Positions 10,754 to 22,684 of a stretch of DNA of 64,000 bases are shown here, piece after piece. The stretch's first letter is position 1, and each line of letters begins with the position of its first letter. Made by a program: the position numbers and the translations under genes. Source of the DNA: Cyanophora paradoxa CCMP329 (Eukaryota > Plantae > Glaucophyta); assembly GCA_004431415.1 (NCBI GenBank), contig QPMI01000482.1:372001-436000 (forward strand), written 5' to 3'. A model generated the notes under the pieces. That model made no database searches. It was not told the DNA's origin and saw only the letters and a program-made list of their open reading frames with translations.

Positions 10754-13349
10754 ATGCGATTGCTCGCCGGTCAAACTTTCTTGCGTGTGTACCCGGGATT
10801 AGCAACCTGGCACCTGCCATTGAACCTGGCAGTGAAACCTGGCAGTGAAACCCGCTCGCAAACCGCGCCGTCGCCTCGAAGCTTGGCCATTCTTAAGCCT
10901 TTGCACACGCCCGCAAAACGATTTGCGTCAGCTTTCACGCAGACGCCTGCACGGCCTCTGCGCCGTGCTCGCCGCCGGCCGCGCCCTGGCGAGGCGCCTT
11001 ACACCGGTATCGCCGTCTTCGGTCCGCCTTCCGCCGCCGCCGCCCCTTCCCGCCCACCGCCGTAGCGGCCTGGCGCGCTCACGCGGCCGCGCGGCGCCGG
11101 CAGTTGCAGAGGGGCTCGAGGGCGGCAGCGACACGGTCGGCGCGGGGCGCAGGCGGCGGCGGACGCGCTGGCGGACGCCGTGGCGCCGCCGGCGGGCGAG
11201 TACGCGGCGGGCGAGGGCGAGTGGTGGACGGGCGGCGCGGCGGCGCGGCGCGCGCACGACGAGCGGCTCGCGATGGCGCGCCCCGCTCCCCTCCCGCGCC
11301 GGCGCTCGGGGGCGCGGCTGACGCGGCCGCGGCCCGCAGGACGTGTGGAACGCGGACAAGGAGACGCAGATGCGCGCGAGGCAACGCCCCGCCCCGCCCG
11401 ACGCAGGTGGGCCCCAGCCCCGCGCGCTCCTCCCGCTCCCTGAGGCCGCGGCAGGCGACTGCGCGGCGAGGATGACCGAGTTCGCGGACTGGCTTCGGAG
11501 CGACGCGCCCGAGGGCCGCGGCGCCTTCCGCCCTGCCGCCCCGAGGGCGCCGCTGCGAATGGCGCGCCGGAGGCCGGCACGGCCGCGTCGGTCGGGGCGG
11601 GCCTGCTCGCTGCTTACGACGCCCAGATCCTCAAGGCGCGCCCCGGGGCCCCGCTGGCGGTGCCCTCCCGCCCTGACGGGCGCCGGGGCGGGTGCGTAGG
11701 ACCTGGAGCTGTGGCGGGCGGAGGCGTACGACGGCTTCCCGATGCACCTCGCGCGCGACATCGCCGGCCTCGCCTCCTCCATCAAGGTCCCGCCGGCCCC
11801 GCCCCGGCCCCCGCCCGCTGCCTCCGCCCCCCGCGCTCTTTGCGAGCGGGGGCGCAGGCAGCGGGGGACGGGGCCGGCCCGGAGCACCGGGACCCGCACG
11901 AGTTCCTGCGCGACTACCTCCGCTACGTCCTCCAGCCGGCGCGCCGCCCCCGCGCCCCCGCGCCCGTCCCGGCGCCCCCGCTGACCGCCCGCAGGCGTAC
12001 CAGTCGGCGCTGGCCAAGGCGGCGGGGGGCCGCTGCCACCCGACCCCGCCCGGCAGGCCGCCGAGCTCGCGGCGATCCACAGGTCCGCCGGGCGCGGCGC
12101 GGCGGGGGCGGGGCGCGGGGCGGGGCGCCCGAGCCTCGCTGCGCGCAGGATCGCGGAGGCGCTGGCTGGCCACAACAGCGCGGACCCCAATACGGAGGAC
12201 GCGCGCGGTGCGCGGCCCTGCGCCTCCGGCCCCGCGCCGCGCCGCGCGGGGCGGGGCGGGGCGGTGAGGGGCGGCGGGCGGGGCAGGGGCGCGGGGGGCG
12301 GTGCTGGAGGCGATGGAGGCGCTGGCGGACGCGGTGGACCCGCCGGCGCACGTGCCCCGCAGCGACCAGCGCCGCATGGACGAGCGCCTCCTCGACGTGC
12401 CCGCCCGCCCCCGGCTCGCTCGCTCGGCGCGGCGCGTCGGACGCGCGGGGCGCAGGCGGTGGACGAGGCGATCGAGGAGGCGAAGGACGGCGTGGGCCCC
12501 GCGATGGACGCCGCGATGGCGGAGCTCGCCGCGGCGGCCGAGGCGCGCGCCGAGGCCGCCCTCGGGCGCGAGCTCGCCCCCGGGGAGCGCCCCGGCATGC
12601 TCCTCGCCGCCATCGTCGAGGCCCGCCCGCCCCGCACCGCCCCGCCCCGCCTGCCCCCGGCCTCTGACCGCCCCGCAGGCGTTCGACAACCCCGTCTCCC
12701 CCGTGCACCGCATCGTGCTCACCAACGAGGGCGGGGAGGAGGCGGACGCGGCGACGCGGGTGCGGCCGCCGGCAGCGGGCCGCCCCGGGGCCGCTGACGG
12801 GGCGGGGGGGCAGCTGGAGGAGCTGCGGAACAAGATTCCGCTCGTGCTGCAGGCAGCGGAGGGGGACGAGGACAGCGCCCTGCGCCTCATGCTCTTCCTC
12901 GCCGTCCACGTGCCCGCCCCCGGCGCCCCGCCCCCCGCGCGCCCCGGCGCGAGCCCGCCGGCAGCGGCTGCCGGAGGGGGCGTTCGGGGCGGTGGGGCCG
13001 GGCTGGTCCCGCGAGGCGTCCTTCTGGACGAACGCGAGCGGCAAGGCCGGGGTGCGCGGCGCCGGCCGCCTCGGGGCGCGGGGGCTCGACGCGGCCGACG
13101 CGGCGGGCGCAGGAGATGGAGACGAAGGAGAGCCTCGAGGGCGCCGCCGTCGCCCTCGGCGCCGACGAGGCCCGCCCCGCCCCGCCCCGCCCCGCCCGGG
13201 CACCGCAGCTCCAATGAGACGGTACCCCGCAGGTGGGGGAGGACGAGCTGCTGGGCGGCCTGGAGCCCTCGGGCGAGGACCAGCTCGGCGGCGGCGGCCT
13301 CGAGGGGACGCCCCTCACCGGCTCCGGCATGCCCCTCGGTCTCTTGTAG
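10754..13349 (+). CDS. Multi-exon Ala/Glu-rich hypothetical protein (copy 1; start uncertain)
   Basis: Coding-biased exons joined by GT/GC-AG introns: DLELWRAEAYDGFPMHLARDIAG...HEFLRDYLRYVLQP...AFDNPVSPVHRIVLTNEGG...LEELRNKIPLVLQ...GMPLGLL*. No family recognised. Confidence 0.55.
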
Positions 13350-14252
13350 TGCGCCCCCTCCAACCGCCCGCTATTTCGTCACGCTATCCGCTCTCTGCTT
13401 CGCCACGGTATTTCTGTATGCAGCTGCGTAGTTGTATACTTTTCGAATCCAGGATGTCAAAATTATTACTAGTTCTCCAAAAGAGCCCGCTGAGCTACGC
13501 CTCGGGCCCCGCGCGGTGCTCCAGAGCGAAGCCGGCCATGCTCAGCTCGCCGCGGCCGCCGGACCCGTCGCTGCCGCCTCGGTCGACGTCCAGCGCGAAG
13601 TTCGTCACGCGCCTGCCGGGCTGATTGAGCCCCCAGGCCCGGGCCTCGTTCTCATTGGGGCCATGCCCCATGGCCAGCTAGTTCCAGCACTCGGAAGATC
13701 GATATATCATGATCAGACGTCGACATGTTCGCCAGTCTGCATGGAACGCCGAATCGAAGCCTACGTATACATGCAATTAAAAAAAATGCAAGCTAGTTTG
13801 GATGGGCCCCGATTTCGCCCCCCAAATGCCCGACAGAGCTAGAGACGGCTGCGATGAATCGGATCCGGACGTTTTTAATTTCTTTTGATAAGTTGATTGT
13901 GAAGCTTCAAAGATTTTCACATCACTCAAGAGTCTGCACATGTACATTAAACTACAAGGGATCGATTCATCACGGCGAGCACGTTAAGTATATCGATATC
14001 GTGCCGGCCGCTGCCACTTTCTGTAACTTACTAAAGAAAAGCTGCCCGGTCTACATACACAGGTTGATATGGAAAATATTTTATGGTGTCTATAGCTAAC
14101 AGGCCTGCGATCAGTGGAAAATCAGGCCAACGGCTATAGCTATATATAGCTATAGCTAGGGCATCATGTCATACCTTCATGAATGCTCCTTAATATCTAA
14201 TAGCTAGAAAGGTAACTAAGTGGAGCATTTCGTGACAGGCTGCTGGGCCTAG

Positions 14253-16954
14253 TTAAACGGCGGCGGCGATCTCGGGCTGCTGGGGGGCGGCGGCGACGCT
14301 GACGGCGACGGGGGCGGCGCCCATGGGGACGCGGTCGTAGTTGTAGGCGACAGGGGCCTTGCCGAGCTCGACGTCGGCGTCGGCGCCCTTGGCGACGTAG
14401 TTCTCCTCGTTGGCGCCCTCGGAGGAGGCCTCGCCGTCGAGCTCGCCCTCGCCCTCCTGCTCGACGCGGGAGAGGGAGCGGGCGTAGCTCCACGAGGAGA
14501 GGGTGAAGCCGCCGCAGATCGCCAGGTTGAGGAAGAGCGAGATGCTCAGCAGCGTGATCGACGCGATGTACGTCCCTGCGCGGGCCAACGCGCTCAGTTC
14601 GACCGGGGAGGGCAGGCTGGGACGGCGAGGGCGGGTGGGCATGCGCACCGATCTTGTAGGAGACGCAGAAGGACCAGTCCCAGACGAGCATCCAGTAGAA
14701 GAAGCGCTGCACGCCCCCGGGCGCGTCCTCGTAGCCCTGCCCGAACGCGTCGGGGGGGCGAGGGGAAGAGGGCGGGGCGGGGGCCAGTGGGGGGCCCGAC
14801 CTCGGCGAGGTCGGCGATGTTGAGGGCCATGGTGATGAGGAAGGAGACGAGGGCGCCCCCGAAGACGACCCACGCCACCACCCGCGTCGCGTGCTTCGAG
14901 AAGGTCCGCATCGTCGCCGGGAAGATCGAGAGCGCCCACGGCAGCAGCGCCAGCGTCGTCACCGCCAGCCACAGCGCGCACACCAGCTCCCCGTTCCAGC
15001 TGCCCCCGCTCCCGTTCAGGCGGGGGCGGCGGGAGCTGGGGATGGACTGGGGGGGCGGGGGCACCTCTTCATGCGCTCGTCGCCGCCGCCGCAGACGATG
15101 AGGCCGACGATGACGTTGCACCAGATGTACAGGCCCCAGTAGAACGTGCGCCTTCGGATTCGAGCGCGCGTCAGCTCGAGCCCGGATGCATAGCACAGGG
15201 CAGCGCGACGCGATTGCAAGGGCGCACTTGCGGCCGCTGCGGGCGGTGTCCTTGTCGAAGATCTCGTCGCGGTAGACGTAAAGGTAGAAGCCGCCGAGGA
15301 TCGCCCAGTAGCCGAAGTACGCGATGAACTGGCGAAAATCAAGGCGATGTCAGCGACGAGTTGCGGGGCGGGGGCCGGCGGGGCGGGGTCGGACCTCGAG
15401 GAAGGTGGGCGAGTCGGTGTAGCCGAAGAGGTACCGCAGCATCGTGAAGAAGCCGTTGTTCTTCTTGTGCGCCGCCCAGCTGCCCGGGGGGAGAGCGCCG
15501 GTCAGGCCGCCGCCCGCCGTTGCGTGCGATCATATTATAGAGCGGCGCGCGCGCACGAGATGTCCCAGAGCTTCTGGTTCCACCAGGGCTTGGCGGTGAC
15601 GGGCAGGCCGGCGCCCTTGTTGTCGTAGAGGCCGAACCAGTCGGCCTCCTGCAGCTCGCTGCGGGGGGCGCGCGTGAGCTCGAGGGCGCGGGGCGGCTCG
15701 GGGAGGAGGCTGCGGGCGCACTGGAAGGCGCGGGAGGAGAGGCCGGCGGCGAAGAGCATGAGGAGGGCGTTGGACCAGAAGAAGAACTGGCGGATGTTGA
15801 GCTTGAGCGAGCCCCGGAAGAAGAAGTACGCTGCCCCCGCCCCGCTCAGCGCCCCGCGTCGCCATCGCGATCGGAGGGGCGGGGCGATCGCGACGCACAG
15901 ACGACGCAGGCGGCGAGGATGCCGCATATGCCGGGGAGGGGAACGCGCTTCGGTCGTCGGCGTCGGAGCCTCCGATGACGAGCAGCACGATCTCGATGCC
16001 CTCCTTGACCACTTGCAGGAAGGCCAGCGAGATCATCGACCACCGCTGCCGCGCGCGACGAGCCAGTCAGAAGCTGTGGAGTAACAGGAGGCAGAATGTG
16101 TTTCAATCCAATTAAAAGGCAAGCACCGCCAGCGAGATCATCGACCACCGCTGCCGCGCGCGACGAGCCAGTCAGAAGCTGTGGAGTAACAGGAGGCAGA
16201 ATGTGTTTCAATCCAATTAAAAGGCAAGCACCGAATTCTTATCGAGGGCGACGGTGACGGCTTTGGCCATCTCGGCGGCGAGGTTTCGGGCGTTCTTCAT
16301 CGACCAGAGGATCATGTACGAGACGAAGACCATGGCGATGAGGAAGGTGATCCCCTCGAAGACTGCGGGGGTCCCTCGGCGTGAGGCGGGGGGGCGATCG
16401 CGACCGACGCCAAGGGGGGACGCACCGTACGCGTTCTTGCCGGCGAAGAGCTGCTGGTTCTGCTGGTACTTGAGCACGCCGAACGCTATTCCTATAATTA
16501 TTGAGACTGCGACTCCTAACCCCGTCCCGATCCATACGTCGCGCTTGTATTTCTGCGCGCACACCCGCGTCAGAATCGGCCAGAGGTGGAAGGCGTCGCG
16601 CGGCAGAAGGAAAGATCAAGGTAATGTAAAGCAGCGCGGCTCGCCTGGTTCCCGGTCTTCTCAAGGTGGCCGAGGAGGATACCGACGACGAGGCAGATTT
16701 CTGCGAGCGGGGTCGTCGGCGGCCTGGATTCGAAGAAGCGGACGGAAGCACGTGCACGCGGCCGCAAGCTCCAACGAGCCGGCCGCGGGCGTCTGCTATT
16801 CAAATGCGAACGCGCTCACCGGCCGTCTCTCTCTATTCGACGAGGAGGGCGGCGATCAGCGACGGAAGAATCGCGGGCGTCGAGGACGGGGGCGGCACGG
16901 GCGCAAACGTACAAGGGCGATGAAGAACGCCGCGACACTGAAGACGGAACCCAT
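14253..16954 (-). CDS. FTR1: High-affinity iron permease, FTR1/OFeT family, with C-terminal membrane extension (copy 1)
   Basis: Spliced: MGSVFSVAAFFIALRETAEICLVVGILLG...DVWIGTGLGVAVSIIIG...FEGITFLIAMVFVSYMILWSM...LAFLQVVKEGIEIV...LFAAGLSSRAFHELQEADW...LFGYTDSPTFLEFIAYFGYW. It has two RExxE-type motifs (RETAE, KEGIE). Confidence 0.92.
16023..16232 (-). repeat. Exact 105-bp tandem duplication (81-nt intron plus 24-nt exon) within FTR1; also at 25673-25882
   Basis: gccagcgagatcatcgac... starts at 16023 and 16128; single copy in unit 3. Confidence 0.95.
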
Positions 16955-17154
16955 CGTTCGAGTCGCGGACTGAGGCGAGCGATGCGCGGCCTTCTCCGAT
17001 GCGAACTACGTCGTTCGCGTGCGTATAAATGACTACGCGCTTGCGCCGCCGACCCGCTGCTGATGCTCACGCGCTGGTGCGAATGCTCGCCGCCTTGCTT
17101 TCTGCGCTCCTATAACTGCCGCTGGATTCCCTAAGATCTGCTCCGGGATCCTTG

Positions 17155-17744
17155 ATATCGATAAGCCTTGCATGATCGTGAAGATCTAGATCAACTTGTG
17201 GCTAGAGCACAAAAAAGGCACGCGCCCAGAAGGAAGGGATTGGCCGCTGGCACGCGCTCGCGGCCGGTGACCCGCCGGTCCGCGCGGCGCGCGCCCACTC
17301 AATTGATCACAATGATGGATGTGCTCGCAGCCGATTTAACAACGATTCCACGGTCACTGACGGGCCAGTGACGGCTGCATGCATATATGACGGGCTCGAG
17401 CGAGAAGAAAAAGGCACACGCCAGCTCGCCCCCCCTGGCGCACGCCCGCATATCGATAAGCCTTGCATGATCGTGAAGATCTAGATCAACTTGTGGCTAG
17501 AGCACAAAAAAGGCACGCGCCCAGAAGGAAGGGATTGGCCGCTGGCACGCGCTCGCGGCCGGTGACCCGCCGGTCCGCGCGGCGCGCGCCCACTCAATTG
17601 ATCACAATGATGGATGTGCTCGCAGCCGATTTAACAACGATTCCACGGTCACTGACGGGCCAGTGACGGCTGCATGCATATATGACGGGCTCGAGCGAGA
17701 AGAAAAAGGCACACGCCAGCTCGCCCCCCCTGGCGCACGCCCGC
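17155..17744. repeat. 295-bp tandem duplication in the FTR1 upstream region (unit 1 only)
   Basis: atatcgataagccttgcatg starts at 17155 and 17450; identical ORF translations at 17168 and 17463. Confidence 0.95.
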
Positions 17745-18179
17745 TCGCCCCCCCGCCTCCTTTTTCTGCGAGGGGGGTACGTATATATATATATATAGAC
17801 GGACTTGAGCGCCGCGCGCTAGCGCTTGTAATTGCCGCTTTAGGCCCAGACTCCGCCCAGTGCTCGCTTGCCCAGTGCTTGCGCACATGCGCATGCGCGT
17901 GCGTTCGTGCGCTACCGGGCGCTTCGTGCGGAAGCGACTTCATGATCCGCTCTCGCCGCGCCTTGCTCTCCGCTTCATGATAAGCTCGCCGAGCAGCGCA
18001 TCGAAGCTGCGCGCGAGCCGCGGAGCGCGCGCGTGCTGCAGTGCGGCACTGCCGCAGCGGACTCGGGAACTACAACGCTAGTGCCCGCGGCCCTCGGCCG
18101 GGAGCACGGACGAATTCGTCGCCTGTCGCCTGCATGCCGCAGCTGCAGTGGGCGTGCGGCCGCGCTCAGGGATGAAGGC

Positions 18180-20025
18180 CTAGGCGGGCAGGGATGTCCT
18201 TCTACAAGTGCTCGCTGAGGACAAGAGGGGGAGTCAGGTCGCGCGTGTGCAAGAGGAGAGGGCGTTGCGCGCCCCCAAGAACGTCCGCGATCGTTTTCCG
18301 AAAGAAGCCCTCGGGCGCCGCCGCCTCCTCCGCGACATTCCCCGCCGCCTCCTCCCCCTCCTGAGACCCTCTCGTAAATGGGGGGCTGCGAGAGTGGAAA
18401 CGGGGCGAACCTCCCCCGCCGCCTCTGCATCCTCCTCCTCGTCCGCCTCCGCCACCGCCACCTCCGCTCTGTATTTTAGGTCCCTGGCTGCCGCCGCCGC
18501 CTGCCTGCTCGCTGCTGGCGCCGCTTGCGAGTTCGCCGTCGCATCCGGACACTCCGCTAGCGCTTTGCGTTTCCGGCCCGTGCAGCTAGCCGGAGACGCG
18601 GCTTCGCGCTTCCGGCCCCTTGCTGCCGGCCCTGCATGCGGGCTCGCTGCCGGCGACGCCGCTGCCGAGGAGGGGCTGCTGCTGCTGCTGCTGCTGCTGC
18701 TGCCGCCGCCGCCTCCGCTCTGAAGCACAGAGCGGCGGCTTCTTGTACTCCGCCTCGGCGTCACGCTGCTGTCAGCAGCGGCCGCCGGCTGGGACGAAGG
18801 CTCGCTGCTTGCGCTGCCGCGGGGCTGCGGATCCGCCGGCTGCGGCGGGGGCGCTGGCGCTAGCTGGGGCTCCTGCTCGTCGTCGCTGTCGAGCGCAATG
18901 AACTGCACATCCAGTGACGGACGCGGCTCAACGGATGATGCGCGTTCTGCAGCTGGAGGCGGCCGGGGAGGGCACCGGAATCGCAGGAGACGAAGCCTGG
19001 GTCGCAGACGCTCCTGGGGCAATGGGCGCGGGCGCCGCGGCGTGGCTTGCAATTGATGACTGGAAAACAATAAACCGATCCAGCTCAGCATTAGGAAGCA
19101 GGTTCGGGGAGCCCCGGCCCCGGGCGGCAAGACAGACGCGCGAACCGAGCCAGTTGTGGAGGCGCTGGTAGAATTCGGAGGCGCCGGTACTCCCGCGGCC
19201 GGCGCCGTCGCTTCCGCGGGCGCAAGAGAGCTGCTGCCGCGCGGCGCCGGTGCCGGCTGCAGCTGTCCGCCGGCCGCGGCCGTGGCCGCCGATGGCGGGC
19301 GCCGGCTGCAGCTGGCCATGGAGCAGAGCTTCAGCGCATCGAAAGCGCGCGCGAGCGCCGGGACCGCGAAGACGGCACCCGAGGATCTTGATGACTGCCG
19401 CCCGCACCGCCTCCGAAATCTGCGTCCGGTCGCGGCTTCATGTTGAGCGCTAGCGCGGGAAGTCGCTCGAGCTCGCGATCGACGCGACCGAGTGGCGGAG
19501 AGCACCTGTCCGAATTCGAGCAGCGCCTCCTTCGTTACCGCGGCCAGCGAGGGATGCCGCCCTAGCAACCTCATGGCGGCCTGCGCCGCATCCGATGAAA
19601 GGAACGCGCTCCAGCTGCAGTGCGCTCCAAGCTCCATCGGGTTCGTGTGCCCACTAAAGCATGAGCAGTCATGATTCAGCGCATCGGCCGCGGCGTGCGA
19701 AGCGCGAGCGCCGGCCGCGGCACCGCGAAGACCGCACCTGAGGAGAGTGATGAATGCAGCGCGCACCGCCTCCGAACTCTGCGTACGGTCGCGGCTTCCT
19801 GATAAGCGCGGGAAATCGCTCGATCTCTAAGCGTAAAGCTGCAGGCGGCGACGAGAGCACCTGCCCGAATTCGAGCAGCGCCTCCTTCGTTGCCGCGGTC
19901 AGCGAGGGATGCCGCCGCAGCGACCCCGTGGCGTCCTGCGCGGCATCCGATAGAAGGCCAGTCCGCTCCCAGTCGGCGAGTCTGAGCTCAAGTCCGCTCC
20001 ACTGGCCAGTCGCGTCAAGCTCCAT
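18180..20025 (-). pseudogene. Chimeric 3'-truncated paralog B (unit 2) with a new terminal exon
   Basis: 5' exons of B, then the retained acceptor tcctcag joined to CGAGCACTTGTAGAAGG..., giving ASTCRRTSLPA*. Confidence 0.55.
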
Positions 20026-20350
20026 CGCGTTAGCGATCGTGTGCGACTGAGCGCTCGGGCTGCCGCTGCTCCGGACCTGTGGTCGGTCACGGGTACAGCG
20101 GCAGCGCTGATCCACCCCCCACTCCCCCTTCCCCCCCCTTTTTTTCCCCAAAAAGCTAGGCCTCCGATCGCGATCCGGTCCCCCGGCCTACAAGAGCGAA
20201 GCCCCGGCCTCCCTCAATACTCATTCAAACAAGAGCGAAGCCAGCGTTGAAATCGGCCGGCGCCTTGACAAAGAGCGTTCAATTCGAATTCGGACAAGAG
20301 CGAAGCCAGGCGATGGCGAATTACATTACGCGGGGCGCGCGGCGCGCCGC

Positions 20351-22609
20351 CTAGTGGGAGCCGGCAGCCGGGGCGGCCTGCTTCGAGCCGGCGCCGGCGG
20401 CGGGTGCCCCCGAGGCGGTGTGCTGCTCTAGCCGCTGCAGGTCGACCACTTGCCGCGCGTTGCCCGACGCCATGAGCCACTCCTGCGCTCAAGAGTGAAC
20501 GATGAAGAAAAGGGAAAGCGGTTCCGGCCGGGTTCAAACCCGGAAGTGCTCGAGGATCGTTGACCGCAGCTGCGACTGCTGCTCGTGCGAGAGAGACGCG
20601 TCGCGCACCGCCTGCGGGGGTACGGAATCGTCAGGGCGGGGGTCAGCTGCGGTGGGGGGTATCCCACGCGCCTGGCGGACGGCCTTGACTGCCTGGGTAC
20701 GCTGCTGAACGGCCTCCTGGTATTCGGGGGGCAGGGGGCAGGGGTTGGTCCTGCGGGGGTACCGTCAGACGTGACGGAGACGGGTTGACGGGTCACGACG
20801 CACTTTGTGACGGGGTACCGGGGATACGGTGCCCGCCCCCGCGGCGTCGCCAGAGGAGGCCACGTTGTCCTACGCGGGCGAGAGGGCGTGATAAGGGTCG
20901 GGGAGGGGGCGGAGCGTGGGGGGTACGGGCGGGCCTGCTTGAAGGGTACGACGAACTCGACGAACTGGTCCGGGGAGGTGAGGCTCACGGAGCGCTGCGA
21001 GGCGGGGTCCGAGCCCGGCGCGCAGGCTGCGGGCGGGGGCTCGAGTGCGGGCGGGCGGGCGGGTGCAGGGGGGGGCGGCGCTCGCACGGGAGAGGAGGTT
21101 GGGCCAGTCGAGGACGTGCGGGGTGCGCCAGCCGGCGGCGCAGGCCTGCGGCTCGAGCCCGGCGCGCTGCATGTGCCCGCCCAGCGCCGGGTAGTGCGTG
21201 CTGAAGGGCCCGAAGAAGATGGAGCGCGAGTCGCCCCAGGTGAGGGGCGGCGCCGGCGTCCCGCGCTCAGCGCGCAGTCCAGGCAGTTGCTCACTCGCAC
21301 TTGCCTGCAGCCGCTCGGCGCGTCAGCGCGAGCGGGGCAGTCGACTCAAGACGCGAGGGAGGGGCCGCGCCGTGCGACGGCGATGCAGCGGATGCGCTCG
21401 CAGTGCTCGACGCTGAGGACGCGGGAGACGGGGCCCAGCACGACGGTGCAGTCCGTGCAGCCCATGATCGTCACCAGCGGCACCGGCCCCAGCAGGTAGA
21501 TGTACGTGTCCTGCGCCGTGCGCGTGGGCCGGGGTGGGCCGGGGCCGAGGGCGGGCGGGAGGGTACGGGAGGGCGGGGGCACCTGGCAGCCGAAGATGCG
21601 GACCTCCAGCACTCCCTTGAGGTCGCCCTCGGAGCGCACGATGGTCGTCTTGTGCCCGTTTGCGACGGTGGCGACGAGGGGCCTGCGCCGGCTCGCTCGC
21701 GCGCGCGGGGCGGGGCGGGGGCGAAGGGGGCGCACGAGGGGTTCGAGGGGGAGGCGTGGGCGGGGAGCGGGGCCGGCGAGGGGTACTCGTGGTCGATGAG
21801 CCGCGCGGAGAGCCACGCGGAGAGCTCGGAGGCGGGGGCACGGTTGGCGGGAGGGGCGAAGAGGGGGCAGAGGTCGGAGAGGCGGCGGGGGGCGGGACTG
21901 GAGGCGGGTACGAGGAGGAAGGCGAGGCGGTCGAACTGCTCGGCGGCGACCTCGAAGTTGAGGCCGGTGTCGAGCTTGCCAGGCGCGGCGAGGCCGGGCG
22001 CGCGCCCGCGACCGCGCGGAGCAGCTCGTCGATGTGCTGCCGGACGGCCGCCGCATTCTTCAGTTGCCGCTGCACGGGCCACTTGCCCTGCTGCACCATC
22101 GACTTCGTCACCGGCGAGAGGCACGGGAAGGACTCGGCGCGATCGACGTGGATCTCCAGGGGCGGGTGCGAGGGCCAGACGTCGCCCATGCCGAGCTTGG
22201 AGCGCGAGGAAGGCGAGAGCGGCTGCTGCAGCGAGCTTCTCCGATTGAAGCTGTACTGGATGCTGAGGAAGGCGGCGAACTCGCGCGCGTCCACCGTCTG
22301 CGAGCCGCCGAGCGGGTGCGGCCACGCCGCAGGGTCGGTGAAAAGGTCGCCGGAGGCCACCAGCTGGAATGCGCCGAAGAGCAACCTTGCGGGCGCCTCG
22401 CCGAGCGACAAGCCCTCCGCCGCCGCCTTAAGCCAGCCCGCGATGTCAAGCTTGTGCGAGGTGGGCGCTGCTTTCTCGCACAGCTTCGCGAGGAACTTCG
22501 CCAGGTCCGGCGCGGTGATCGAGGGGCTCACGGGCAGCATGCCGTAGTCCAGCACCTGGCTGCGGACCGCGAGGCCCTGTCCCGCCACAACGCCGCTGGA
22601 GGCGGCCAT
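20351..22609 (-). CDS. TBCCD1: TBCCD1 (copy 2)
   Basis: Duplicate of 8421-10678 apart from homopolymer indels. Confidence 0.82.
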
Positions 22610-22684
22610 CGCCGGCTCAAGCGAGCGCAGCTGCGCTTTCGCAGCGCTCCGCGGCGATTGCTCTCGCGCCAGCGTGCCTGCGGA

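Larger units (their letters stand above)
6290..18214. repeat. Tandem segmental amplification, unit 1 (11,925 bp)
   Basis: Sequence from ctgaggacaagaggggg (6290) recurs at 18215 and 27568; near-identical throughout. Confidence 0.97.

Noticed and set aside
17680-17812. Possible small insertion bounded by tatatgacgggctcgagcg / tatagacggacttgagcg around a (TA)n tract
   Set aside because: Flanking similarity is imperfect and no terminal inverted repeats were found.
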